A stretch of DNA of 63,179 nucleotides, the filler included, from a bacterium (GTDB lineage: Bacteria > JBDRGX01): assembly GCA_043817485.1 (NCBI GenBank). It is 10 parts of 10 records of this genome, joined end to end, with 100 filler letters (N's around TTAATTAATTAA, not from the genome) between each part and the next. Parts side by side here need not be neighbours in the genome. Positions count along the whole stretch, not along the records: positions 52,083 to 55,317 come from JBDRGX010000077.1; positions 55,418 to 61,045 come from JBDRGX010000079.1; positions 61,146 to 63,179 come from JBDRGX010000085.1; 7 more parts are not named here. One strand, written 5' to 3'. A program made the position numbers and the translations under genes. Of the stretch, positions 51,983-61,888 are shown one piece after another. Position 1 is the stretch's first letter; the number at the start of each line of letters is the position of its first letter. The notes under the pieces were generated by a model that saw only the letters and a program-made list of their open reading frames with translations, made no database searches and was not told where the DNA came from.

Positions 51983-52257
51983 NNNNNNNNNNNNNNNNNN
52001 NNNNNNNNNNNNNNNNNNNNNNNNNNTTAATTAATTAANNNNNNNNNNNNNNNNNNNNNNNNNNNNNNNNNNNNNNNNNNNNTTTTATTTATATATTTAT
52101 AAAAGATTATTCTTTTACAAAAAATTAACATTTCTATTTAGTAATTATCGTTAACATTTTGATTTAGTAATCACAAATTTTAAAAAAATCTTGACAAAAT
52201 TTGAAAAAGATTATTTTTTTATAAAACATTTTATATTAATTAAAGGAGGTATTTTAA

Positions 52258-53007
52258 GTGAGAGTAATAATAGTAAAAGATTATGATGCAATGAGTAAAA
52301 AAGCAGGTGAATTTTTAGCAGGAGAAATGAAAAAGAAACCTAATTTTGTTTTGGGCTTAGCCACTGGTAGTACACCAATAGGTTTATATAAAGAATTAAT
52401 TCGATTAAATAAAACTGGTGAAATTGATTTTTCTAAAACAATTACTTTTAATTTAGATGAATATATCGGATTAGCACCTACTCATAATCAAAGTTATCAT
52501 TATTTTATGTTTGATAATTTGTTAAATCATATAAATATTAATTCTAAAAATGTTCATGTTCCAGATGGACTTGCTAAAGATGTTGAAAAATTTTGTGAAG
52601 AATATGAAAAAATGATTGATAAATCTGGTGGTCTTGATGTTCAAGTTTTAGGAATAGGTGGAAATGGACATATTGGGTTTAATGAACCAGGTTCTTCTTT
52701 GGGTTCTAAAACAAGAATAAAAACATTAACTCAAAAAACAATTGATGACAATGCTCGTTTTTTTGATAAAAAAGAAGATGTTCCTTGTTCTGCTATTACT
52801 ATGGGAGTAGGAACTATTATGAATGCAAAAAAATGTTTAATTTTGGCTAATGGAAAAAATAAAGCAGAAGCAGTATTTCAAACAATAGAAGGTTGTATTA
52901 CTGCACAAGTTCCAGCTTCTGCATTACAACTTCATCAATATGTAATTGCTATTATAGACGAAGCAGCTGCATCTGAATTAAAAGGTGAAAATTACGAACG
53001 AATCTAA
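52258..53007 (+). CDS. nagB: Glucosamine-6-phosphate deaminase
   Basis: GLATGSTP, FNLDEY, GIGGNGHIGFNEPG. Confidence 0.97.
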   Translation: MRVIIVKDYDAMSKKAGEFLAGEMKKKPNFVLGLATGSTPIGLYKELIRLNKTGEIDFSKTITFNLDEYIGLAPTHNQSYHYFMFDNLLNHININSKNVHVPDGLAKDVEKFCEEYEKMIDKSGGLDVQVLGIGGNGHIGFNEPGSSLGSKTRIKTLTQKTIDDNARFFDKKEDVPCSAITMGVGTIMNAKKCLILANGKNKAEAVFQTIEGCITAQVPASALQLHQYVIAIIDEAAASELKGENYERI

Positions 53008-53094
53008 ATTTATTTATAAAAACGACGAGGGATAAATTAGTGTGGAAAGAAAATAGTTTTCCCTCTTTTCCCTCGTTTTTTATACAAAGGAAAA

Positions 53095-54294
53095 ATGGAT
53101 AAAGAAAATATTATAAAAAATTTAAGTATGAAAACTGATACTAAAATAGTTCTTTTAGTGTTAGATGGATTAGGTGATATTCCTTATAATGGGAAAACAT
53201 CTTTAGAAAAAGCAATAACTCCTAATTTGGATAATCTTGCAAAAAAATCAATATTGGGCTTAACTGATGCTATTTTTTCTGGAATTACTCCTGGCAGTGG
53301 GCCTTCTCATTTAGCATTATTTGGATATGATCCTTTAAAATATGAAATTGGTCGTGGGTTATTAGAAGCATTAGGAATTAATTTAGAACTTACTTCTTTT
53401 GATTTATCTTGTCGTGCAAATTTTGCTATAAAAGATAAAAATGAAATTATTACTGATAGAAGAGCTGGTCGAATTTCTACAGAAAGAAATGAAAAACTTT
53501 GTGTTTTTTTGCAAGAAAAAATTAAAAAAATTGAAGATGTAGAAGTAATTATTAGACCGGGAAAAGAACATAGATTTGTAGTAGTATTTAGAGGAAAAGG
53601 ATTAGAACAAAATTTAAGCGATGCTGATCCTCAAAAAGAAGGTAATATACAAAAATTTGCAGAAGCTTTATCAAAAGAAAGCGAAAAATCAGCTTCAATA
53701 GTTAATAAATTTATTTTATTAGTAAATGAAGTTTTAAAAAATGAATCAGTTAATACTGTATTAGTTAGAGGTTATGCTAAATCTCCTTGTATTCCTTCTA
53801 TGACAGAATTATTTAAAATTACACCTGCAGCTATTGCTACTTATCCAATGTATAAAGGTTTAGCCCGTTTAATTGGAATGCAAGTTTTAAATGCAGGAGA
53901 AACAATAGAATCTGAATTTAAAACACTTTCTGAAAATTTTTCTAAATTTGATTTTTTCTATGTTCATATTAAAAAAACTGATTCTTATGGTGAAGATGGA
54001 AATTTTGAAAAAAAAGTAGCAATAATTGAAGAAGTTGATAAATATATTCCTCAAGTATTAGAATTAAAACCAGATGTTTTAGTTATTACCTCTGATCATT
54101 CTACTCCAGCTTTATTAAAAGGTCATTCTTGGCATCCAAATCCTTTTTTATTATTTTCTCCTTATATTCAAAGTGATGGAAAACTTTTTACAGAATCTGA
54201 ATGTGCCAAAGGTTCTTTAGGTAGATTTCAATCTAAAGAAGCAATGACTTTAATGTTGGCAAATGCTTTAAAATTAAAAAAATTTGGTGCATAA
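53095..54294 (+). CDS. apgM: 2,3-BPG-independent phosphoglycerate mutase, ApgM type
   Basis: DGLGD, PGSGPSHL, DRRAGRI, DSYGED, SDHSTP, HSWHP. Confidence 0.93.
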   Translation: MDKENIIKNLSMKTDTKIVLLVLDGLGDIPYNGKTSLEKAITPNLDNLAKKSILGLTDAIFSGITPGSGPSHLALFGYDPLKYEIGRGLLEALGINLELTSFDLSCRANFAIKDKNEIITDRRAGRISTERNEKLCVFLQEKIKKIEDVEVIIRPGKEHRFVVVFRGKGLEQNLSDADPQKEGNIQKFAEALSKESEKSASIVNKFILLVNEVLKNESVNTVLVRGYAKSPCIPSMTELFKITPAAIATYPMYKGLARLIGMQVLNAGETIESEFKTLSENFSKFDFFYVHIKKTDSYGEDGNFEKKVAIIEEVDKYIPQVLELKPDVLVITSDHSTPALLKGHSWHPNPFLLFSPYIQSDGKLFTESECAKGSLGRFQSKEAMTLMLANALKLKKFGA

Positions 54295-54360
54295 AAAACA
54301 GAATTTGGTAAAAAATATGTTTTTATCACTAGTAGTTGAAATTTTTTGTCTTCACCAATG

Positions 54361-54398
54361 GAACCGACGATTTAAATCGTCAGGTTACCATATAAGCA
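54361..54398. repeat. REP-like palindrome (family D, second copy)
   Basis: GAACCGACGATTTAAATCGTCAGGTT-ACCATATAAGCA. Confidence 0.7.
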
Positions 54399-54580
54399 GA
54401 AAAACCCTTGCTTTGGTATGATTATCTATTTTTTATAATTATTCATCCAATCTATTTATTTCAAATAATCAACAAATTAAAATAAAAAATTGACAAAATT
54501 TAGTAAAATTATATATACAATAATTTTAAAAAATAAATTTCTTTATTTTATTGAAAATTTTGCTTAAAAGGAGTAATGGA

Positions 54581-55317
54581 ATGACTAAAACAGAAATAGG
54601 TTCTATGATTGCTAAAGGTGGATTTGCAAATGAGAAAAGTATTTGTGATAAGTTTAATAGTTGGAAAGAGGATAAAGAAGCTCAATCATGGCTTGCAATT
54701 ATGGGATATAAAATCGAAAAAATTGATTCAGTAAAAGCAATTCATATTCCAACAAGAATTAAAAAGAGTAAAATGGAAGATATTGGCATAAGCAATGAAG
54801 AATTTAATGATTTAATGCGATTCAAGAAAGCAGATGCTCAGATAAGAATAATCATTACTATCGGAAATATATTAAAGATAGAAAATTTATCATTAAAAAA
54901 GGCTAATTCTAATGCAGATTATAATCAGGTGGATAAGCGGTTAGTTGATGTATATCAGAGAATGTGGGGTTTTAATAATGAAATAGCTTGCTGGTTGAAA
55001 CTTTTTACAGGAGAAAACAATCCTAATCCTATAAGTAATGTAGCGTTAAGAGATAAAAGAAGATTGTTTTTGGATGAAATGCCGAAAAACATTAGAAACG
55101 AAATTGTAAATTTTTTCGACAAAAATAAGATAATTGTTGTAAGCGACATCTTAAAGGGGCGAGGAGGGCTTTCTGCTAATTGGATGTTAATTACGAGATA
55201 TAACAAAAATGAAGGTACTACTACTTGGATACTTAAGGATATTAATACGGTTATGAATTTCTTTGGGATGGGTGAAGTAGTAATATCGCCAAAGGGGAGT
55301 TTGCGTATAGGTAAAAT
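54581..55317 (+). CDS. R.HinP1I-like type II restriction endonuclease, 3'-truncated
   Basis: GS..AK.GF.NE, NQVDK, FTGE, DKRRLF, DILKGRG, SP.GS; recognised from recalled HinP1I motifs. Confidence 0.8.
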
Positions 55318-55449
55318 NNNNNNNNNNNNNNNNNNNNNNNNNNNNNNNNNNNNNNNNNNNNTTAATTAATTAANNNNNNNNNNNNNNNNNNNNNNNNNNN
55401 NNNNNNNNNNNNNNNNNTCTTTATATCAACTAATTTAAGTCTTTATATA

Positions 55450-55574
55450 TACGATTGATAATTAATGGCAAAACTATCCCATATATAGTATTTATTGCTA
55501 ATATTGGCACAACATGTTGTATACTTCTCATGCCAAATTTCTATTGCGACACAGTCTCCATGAATTGCCCCTAC
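55450..55574 (-). mobile_element. Second copy of the REP-inserted TIR MITE, with tandem NrdR-like boxes
   Basis: Reverse complement GTAGGGGCAATTCATG-GAGACTGTGTCGCAATAG...; boxes at 55476 and 55507, 31 bp apart. Confidence 0.75.
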
Positions 55575-55687
55575 AAATATAAAACCATCTTGGATTTTTA
55601 TATTTTTTTGTTTCGAACATTTGTATTTATTTCAAATTGAAAATTGAAAATTTGTTTTATATTTCAGTTATTTGTATTTGTTTCGTT

Positions 55688-55828
55688 TTTACCAATATTA
55701 TGTTCCTAACGGAACAATTTGTTCTTATGCTTTATCAATAATTATTATTTCATAAATGTCCCATAGTGACACAATATTGGTAGAAAAAATTATTCCCACA
55801 TAATACAAATGCCGTAGGCATGATATAT
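55688..55828. repeat. REPIN-like inverted pair of short hairpins
   Basis: TTTTACCAATATT-ATGTTCCTAACGGAACA ... TGTCCCATAGTGACA-CAATATTGGTAGAAA ... ATGCCGTAGGCAT. Confidence 0.6.
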
Positions 55829-55892
55829 TAATTTTTTTTTTATATTTCGATATTTTCAACTTAACCGTTTTTTATATTTATAGGAGATTTAT

Positions 55893-56993
55893 ATGCAAGT
55901 GCCTTTATTGAATTTAAAAAAACAATATAAAACTATTGAACAAGAAATAGATCAAGCAATTAAAAATGTTTGCTTAAGTGGCCAATTTGTTTTAGGTCAA
56001 TTTGTTGAGAAATTTGAACAGGAAATAGCAGAATATTGTGGTTCAATCTATGCTATAGGAGTTGCTTCTGGAACTGATGCTCTTATTATAGGGCTTGAAG
56101 CAATTGGAATAAAATCAGGAGATGAAGTAATTACTACTCCGTATACTTTTTTTTCTACAGCAAGTGTTATTTCAAAATTAAAAGCAAAACCAGTATTTGT
56201 AGATATTGATCCACAAACTTATAATATAAATACTGATTTAATAATAAAAAAAATAACAAAAAAAACAAAAGCTATTATTCCAGTACATCTTTATGGTCAA
56301 TGTGCAGAAATGGATAAAATAATGGAAATTGCTTGTAAATATAAAATTAAAGTAATTGAAGATGCTGCTCAAGCCATTGGAGCAAAATATAAAAATAAAA
56401 AAGCTGGAACAATAGGAGATATTGGTTGTTTTAGTTTTTTTCCTACTAAAAATTTAGGTGGATATGGTGATGGAGGAATGATTATTACTAATAATAAAAT
56501 TTTTGCAGAAAAAATACAAATGTTAAGAGTACATGGATCAAAATTAAAATATTTTCATTCGATGATTGGATATAATAGTCGATTGGATGCTTTACAATCA
56601 GTTATTTTATCAGTAAAATTAAAATATCTTGATTTATGGATATCAAAACGCCAAAAAAATGTGCAAATTTATAATCAATTATTTAAAAATACTTCTATTG
56701 ATGTTCCTTTTGTAAAAGAAGATAATTTTCATGTTTATAATCAATATGTAATTAGAGTAAAAAATAGAAATGAATTAAAAAAATATTTAAAACAATAAAA
56801 AGTAGATACAGAAATATATTATCCTATTCCTCTTCATTTACAAGAATGTTATAAAAATTTAGGATACAGTAAAGGTGCTTTTCCAGAATCTGAAAAAGCA
56901 TCAGAAGAAACTCTTGCTCTTCCTATTTATCCAGAACTTACAAAAAAACAACAAGAAAAAGTTGTAAAATGTATTTTAGAGTTTAATAAGTAA
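55893..56993 (+). pseudogene. DegT/DnrJ/EryC1/StrS aminotransferase with an in-frame TAA at 56796-56798
   Basis: SGTDAL, PVHLYGQ, EDAAQA, SFFPTKNLG; the frame continues after the stop (YYPIPLHLQ...LPIYPEL) to 56993. Confidence 0.85.
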
Positions 56994-57100
56994 TAAAATT
57001 TTGTAATATTTTTTATGCAAAAATTATTTATTTCTTATTATTATTTTAATGAAGCAAAATTAGATAATTGCAACACAGTTTTGTTGAGAATTGTCTTGTT

Positions 57101-57405
57101 AATCCCGAAGGGATGATATTATTATAGCATATTGTTGAATAATTCCAATTTAACCCTGAAAGGGTGATATTGTTGTAGCATTTAAAATTTTTCTAAACCT
57201 TATGCGTAAAAACAAAGATTGTTTTTGTGTCGATATAGCAAAAAATGAACGCCAATGGTTGCAGATATAAGAATTTAATACACAACAAACAATTATATTA
57301 TTGTAATACAAAAATCAGTTTTTTTTAATCCCGAAGGGATGATATTATTATAGCATATTGTTGAATAATTCTAATTTTAACCCTAAAAGGGTGACATTAT
57401 TATAT
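57101..57405 (+). repeat. Duplicated ~78-bp unit, each with two REP-like hairpins
   Basis: AATCCCGAAGGGATGATATTATTATAGCATATTGTTGAATAATTC...AACCCT.AAAGGGTGA at 57101 and 57327. Confidence 0.8.
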
Positions 57406-57429
57406 GTTAGATAAATTACTTTTTATTTT

Positions 57430-58203
57430 CTAAAAAATTTTTCCTCTTCGTTTCAAAGTATTTTCTGGATTTAAAGATTTTACTTTTTTACAAATTCCTT
57501 CATAAACAGAAACTATTTCAAGTCCTTTAAATGTTTTTTTAATTTCATCAATATTTTCTTTAGAAAGTGGGTTACATAAGGAAGGTCTTAATGGAGTGTT
57601 TATTTGAACTTCATTTGGATTTATTTCTAAAGCTAATTTTGCTAATTCTTTTGATTTTTTTTTATTTTTTTCCAAAAACATAATTTGAAGTGCCAGTTTT
57701 CCTTTATATATTTTTTTAAATTGTTTTATTTCTTCTAAAATATTTTCAAATTTTATACTTGGCATAGGTTTATTTATTTTTTCAAAAGAATTTTGATCCC
57801 ATGCATCTAATTTAAAACTAATAAAATCTGCTAATAAAAAATCTTTTTTTACATCATCTTGATTTATTAACGATGAATTTGTTAAAATAGCAATTGGTTC
57901 TTTTCGTATTTTTTTTATTTCTTTTATAACTTCTCCTAAATTTTTTGATAAACTTGATTCTCCGCTACCAGAAAAAGTAAAATAATCAATTTTTACATCA
58001 GAAAGCATTTTTATTTCTTTTATAATTTCCTCTGTAGTCACATATACTTTTCTTTTTTTTGTATAAAATACTTTTGTATTTATTTGGCAATAAATACAAT
58101 CAAAAGTGCATATTTTTTTTGTTTGCGATAATAAATCTATGCCTAATGATTTTCCCAATCTCCATGAACTTACAGGACCGTAAATATATTTCAAATTTTC
58201 CAA
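57430..58203 (-). CDS. Radical SAM protein (COG0731/TYW1-like)
   Basis: YGPVSSWRLGKSLG, CTFDCIYC, SGSGE, LTNSSL; TTG 58203 with GGAG SD; the ORF-track extension runs through a MITE. Confidence 0.88.
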   Translation of the reverse strand: MENLKYIYGPVSSWRLGKSLGIDLLSQTKKICTFDCIYCQINTKVFYTKKRKVYVTTEEIIKEIKMLSDVKIDYFTFSGSGESSLSKNLGEVIKEIKKIRKEPIAILTNSSLINQDDVKKDFLLADFISFKLDAWDQNSFEKINKPMPSIKFENILEEIKQFKKIYKGKLALQIMFLEKNKKKSKELAKLALEINPNEVQINTPLRPSLCNPLSKENIDEIKKTFKGLEIVSVYEGICKKVKSLNPENTLKRRGKIF

Positions 58204-58227
58204 AAAAATTCTCCAATTTTTTTTATT

Positions 58228-58390
58228 TATATTAAAAGTTACATTCAAAATGATAACAAAGTGGCAAGACGACGACGAAAAGCGTATTAAAAAATTCCAC
58301 CCCTGTCCTAACGGACACCCCCGCCAGCGGGGGACATAAGAAGCCGATGACAAAGCCAACATAGTTAGTGTTTGAATGCAACTGGGGATA
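58228..58390 (+). mobile_element. Family-B MITE with a nested family-C REP-like element (~58292-58338)
   Basis: AAGTTACATTCAAAATGATAACAAAGTGGCAAGACG...[CCACCCCTGTCC...CCCCCGCCAGCGGGGGAC]...AAAGCCAACATAGTTAGTGTTTGAATGCAACT. Confidence 0.8.
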
Positions 58391-58395
58391 AATAA

Positions 58396-58890
58396 TTAAT
58401 TTTTTCCACACTCACTTATTTTCCCTTGAATAATTTCTAATGAATGAGGAAGAAGAGAAAAAATGGCTTCTAAACATTCTCTTGCAGCTTTAGGACTTCC
58501 CGGTAAATTTATAATTAAGCTTTTTTTTCTAATTCCAGCAATACTTCTTGATAAATAAGATTTTAATGTTTTTTCACTTGTTTTAAATCTCATTAATTCT
58601 GGAAATCCAGGAATTTCTCTTTCTATTACTTTTTTTGTTGCTTCTGGAGTATTATCTCGAGGAGAAAATCCAGTTCCTCCAGTAGTAAAAATTAAATCCA
58701 TTTTTTGTTTATCAACTAAATTTTTTAAATGTGAAATAATTTGATTTTTTTCATCAGGAATAATTTTATAAAATACGACTTCTCCTAAATCCATTATTAA
58801 TTTTTTAATTTCTTCAGAACTTTGATCAATTCTTTTTCCTTTTGATCCTGTATCACTGATAGTCAAAATAGCTATTTTATATTTTAACAT
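58396..58890 (-). CDS. mog: Molybdopterin adenylyltransferase (Mog/MoaB)
   Basis: LTISD, PDE, TTGGTGFSPRD.TPEA, NLPGSP. Confidence 0.92.
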   Translation of the reverse strand: MLKYKIAILTISDTGSKGKRIDQSSEEIKKLIMDLGEVVFYKIIPDEKNQIISHLKNLVDKQKMDLIFTTGGTGFSPRDNTPEATKKVIEREIPGFPELMRFKTSEKTLKSYLSRSIAGIRKKSLIINLPGSPKAARECLEAIFSLLPHSLEIIQGKISECGKN

Positions 58891-59301
58891 CACTTTTCCC
58901 ACCGGTTTTTTCTTTTAGATAAATATTATTTATTACTATTTTTTTATCAAGCATTTTACACATATCATAAATAGTTAAAGCGCTAATACTTACAGCTGTT
59001 AATGCTTCCATTTCTACGCCAGTTTTTTCATATGCATCAGAAATAGCTGTTATTTCAATAGATTCTTTTTTGATAGTGAACGAAATTTCTACATAAGTTA
59101 AATTTAAAGGATGACATAAAGGAATAATTTGAGAGGTTTTTTTAGCTGCTAAAATTCCAGCTATTCTTGCGGCATTTAAAACATCGCCTTTAGGAATTTG
59201 GTTATTTTCAATTTTTTTTATTGTTGTTTCAGAAAGACAAATAGTTCCACAAGCAATTGCCCTTCTTTTAGTAATTTTTTTTTTTCTCCAACATCAATCA
59301 T
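58877..59301 (-). CDS. moaC: MoaC, frameshifted in an A11 run near the 5' end (59275-59285)
   Basis: Own translation MIDVGEK / ITKRRAIA...KGDVL..ARIAGILAAKKTSQIIPLCHP...TGVEMEALTA...YDMCK...KTGGKS; absent from the ORF track. Confidence 0.9.
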
Positions 59302-59314
59302 TTTTATAAATGTA

Positions 59315-60016
59315 TTATTTTTCATTTTGATATATTCCTTTTATTTCAATATATTGTTCTACTTTTTCTGGAACTAAATATTTAATACTTTTTTTGTTTT
59401 TTATGAGCGTTCTTATTTTACTTGAAGAAATGTCTATATTAGAAATTTCTTGAATAATTACTTGTTTTTTTACTTTTTCAGAAATGTCTTCTAATTTATA
59501 ACCTTGTCTATTGATTACTATAAAATTACATATAGAAATTAATTTTAATGCTTTTTTCCATTTAAAAATTTCTAAAAAAGCGTCTATTCCAATGATAAAA
59601 TAAAAATCTATAACAGGATATTTTTTTTTCAATTTTTGTATGGTTTCAATAGAATATGATTTACCAGATTTTTTCATTTCTATATCAGAAATTGAAAAGT
59701 TTGGATTAGAAGATATGGCTAATTTAACCATATTAAATCGATGAGATTTGTCAATTATTTCAATTTTTTTATGAGGAGGATTGGCTGAAGGAATAAATAA
59801 TATTTTTTCTAAAGAGAATATTTCTTGGATTTCTTTTGCTATTATTAAATGGCCATTGTGAATTGGGTTAAAAGTTCCTCCTAATATTCCCCATTTTATC
59901 TGGGAGTGCCAAGAATACCCTGTCTCTTGAGACGGGGATGAATTGGCACAATAATAACATATTTTCCTTGCAGAGAAAATATCCTGCCATTTATGGCAGG
60001 GGAGATTCATTGCCAC
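59315..60016 (-). CDS. nadD: Nicotinate-nucleotide adenylyltransferase with a 37-aa in-frame element insertion after codon 2
   Basis: GGTFNPIHNGH, PPHK, IG.DA, ISSS.IR; proA-nadD synteny. Confidence 0.95.
   Translation of the reverse strand: MAMNLPCHKWQDIFSARKICYYCANSSPSQETGYSWHSQIKWGILGGTFNPIHNGHLIIAKEIQEIFSLEKILFIPSANPPHKKIEIIDKSHRFNMVKLAISSNPNFSISDIEMKKSGKSYSIETIQKLKKKYPVIDFYFIIGIDAFLEIFKWKKALKLISICNFIVINRQGYKLEDISEKVKKQVIIQEISNIDISSSKIRTLIKNKKSIKYLVPEKVEQYIEIKGIYQNEK
59900..60010 (+). mobile_element. 111-bp IS200/IS605-end-like mini element (PATE-like), in frame within nadD
   Basis: TTTAT|CTGGGAGTGCCAAGAATACCCTGTCTCTTGAGACGGGGATGAATTGGCAC...ATCCTGCCATTTATGGCAGGGGAGATTCAT|; precise removal gives GTG GCA ATA AAA TGG. 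Confidence 0.88.
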
Positions 60017-60019
60017 TTT

Positions 60020-61045
60020 TTACTCCCTTATTTGGCCATTTCCTAAAATAACAAATTTAGTTGTGGTTAAATTTTCTAATCCCATTGGTCCACGAGCATG
60101 TAATTTTTGGGTACTAATGCCTATTTCTGCTCCTAATCCATAAATTTTACCATCAGCTAATCGTGTAGAAGCATTTACAAAAACAGAAGATGAATCAATT
60201 TCTTGTAAAAATTTCCAAGATTTTTCATAAGAATTTGTAATAATTGCATCAGAATGATGAGAACCATAATAGTTAATATGATAAATAGCTTCATCAATAT
60301 TTTTTACTACTTTTACTGCTAAAATTAAATCAAGAAATTCTTTTTTGAAATCTTCTTCTGATGCTTTTTTAATATCTGAAAAAATTTTATAAGTTTCAGA
60401 GCATCCTCTAATTTCTACATTAGCATCTTTTAATTTTTTTAATATAATTGGTAAAAATTTTTGAGAGATTGCTTTATGTACTAATAATGTTTCCATAGCA
60501 TTACAAACACTTGGTTTTTGAACTTTAGCATTAAATATTATTTTTTCTGCCATTTCTAAACAAGCTTTATCATCAACATAAATATGGCAATTTCCTTCTC
60601 CATGACTGATTACTGGGATTGTTGTATTTTTTAAAATATATTTTATTGTTTCTTGACTTGCTCGTGGAATAATTACATCAATATACTTATCTAATTTAAG
60701 CATTTCTAAAACAATTTTTCTATCAGTATTTTCTATTATTTGAACAGCATTTTCTAAATCAAAATTTTTCAATACTTTTTTAATTATTTTCACAAATGCT
60801 ATATTAGAATTTATACTTTCTGTTCCACCTCTTAAAATTACACTATTACTACTTTTAAAACAAGTTGCAAATGCATCAATAGTCACATTTGGTCGTGCTT
60901 CGTAAATTATTCCGACAACTCCTAAAGGAACTCTCATTTGTCCAATTTGTAAGCCATTAGAACTTTTTTTAAAATTTATTATTTTGCCTATTGGATCTTC
61001 TAAATTGGATATTTTTTTTAAACTATTACTTATATTTTTAATTGC
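60020..61045 (-). CDS. proA: Gamma-glutamyl phosphate reductase, 5'-truncated
   Basis: DPIG, RVPLGV..IIYEARPNV, CNAME, NASTR, GAEIGISTQKLHARGPMGL. Confidence 0.96.
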   Translation of the reverse strand, partial: AIKNISNSLKKISNLEDPIGKIINFKKSSNGLQIGQMRVPLGVVGIIYEARPNVTIDAFATCFKSSNSVILRGGTESINSNIAFVKIIKKVLKNFDLENAVQIIENTDRKIVLEMLKLDKYIDVIIPRASQETIKYILKNTTIPVISHGEGNCHIYVDDKACLEMAEKIIFNAKVQKPSVCNAMETLLVHKAISQKFLPIILKKLKDANVEIRGCSETYKIFSDIKKASEEDFKKEFLDLILAVKVVKNIDEAIYHINYYGSHHSDAIITNSYEKSWKFLQEIDSSSVFVNASTRLADGKIYGLGAEIGISTQKLHARGPMGLENLTTTKFVILGNGQIRE

Positions 61046-61312
61046 NNNNNNNNNNNNNNNNNNNNNNNNNNNNNNNNNNNNNNNNNNNNTTAATTAATTA
61101 ANNNNNNNNNNNNNNNNNNNNNNNNNNNNNNNNNNNNNNNNNNNNCAAGACATAGAAAATAAATAAGAAATTTTAGTTATATATTTTTATTATAATATAT
61201 AACTGAGAAATAGAAAATATGATTTTATTTATAAATAAAGAAGAAAAAAATTTTAAAATTAACAAAAAACATAATTGAGTTATATAAAAAAATATAAAAT
61301 ATATAAGTAAAA

Positions 61313-61723
61313 ATGAAAGAAAAAAAGTTAAAAATAGATGCAAAAAAATTAAAATTAGCAACATATGAAAATTCACAAATCATATTGAAAAAAAGTTTAA
61401 AAAAACTTTCATTCGATAAAAAATTATTTTTTAAAAGAGCAGAAAAGAAAAAAATAAAAAATACAATATCTGATATAAAACATTTACAAGAGTTTTTATC
61501 AGGCATAATTAAAAATATTGATAATGAATATTATGAAAAAAATGTTAATTGTTATCCAACAGGAGAATTATTTTTTAAAATATCTTTATCTCCTAATGTT
61601 ACAAAAAAAGAAAAATGTATAATTTTACAAGATATTTTAGAAATGTTAAAAAATTTAGATATTATTATTTATAAATTACGAATTTTAAAATTATACCAAG
61701 AAAAGGACAAAAATAAAAGTTAA
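61313..61723 (+). CDS. Hypothetical protein
   Basis: 136-aa ORF in a co-oriented cluster; no recognised motif. Confidence 0.45.
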   Translation: MKEKKLKIDAKKLKLATYENSQIILKKSLKKLSFDKKLFFKRAEKKKIKNTISDIKHLQEFLSGIIKNIDNEYYEKNVNCYPTGELFFKISLSPNVTKKEKCIILQDILEMLKNLDIIIYKLRILKLYQEKDKNKS

Positions 61724-61735
61724 AGGTTAAAAAAA

Positions 61736-61870
61736 ATGTTAGAATATAGTAAAGAAGAAGAAATAGAAATACAAAAAATAGTTAACAGCATTCTAAAATT
61801 ATGTAATAAAAAACAAGGAAAACGATGGATTAAGGAAAATAAAAAACAAATGAAAAAAGACTTTAAATAA
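61736..61870 (+). CDS. Small hypothetical protein (44 aa)
   Basis: Own translation MLEYSKEEEIEIQKIVNSILKLCNKKQGKRWIKENKKQMKKDFK; AAAGGT upstream. Confidence 0.4.
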   Translation: MLEYSKEEEIEIQKIVNSILKLCNKKQGKRWIKENKKQMKKDFK

Positions 61871-61888
61871 TATTGATATTGATTAACT

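Noticed and set aside
53018-53082. Long imperfect hairpin between nagB and apgM as a riboswitch
   Set aside because: No recognisable aptamer motif; more likely a terminator or processing stem
56796-56798. Alternative genetic code (TAA read as sense)
   Set aside because: Single case; TAA ends most genes on the same contigs
58204-58362. N-terminal extensions of the radical SAM, mlaE (38232-38303) and first permease (25249-25296) ORFs as further in-frame element fusions
   Set aside because: Better starts exist downstream, at the beginning of the conserved domain; unlike nadD, the element lies upstream of the likely start
59975-60030. TnpB omega-RNA guide encoded by the 111-bp element
   Set aside because: Only the terminal hairpin of the right end remains, too short for a full scaffold; no tnpB in the window
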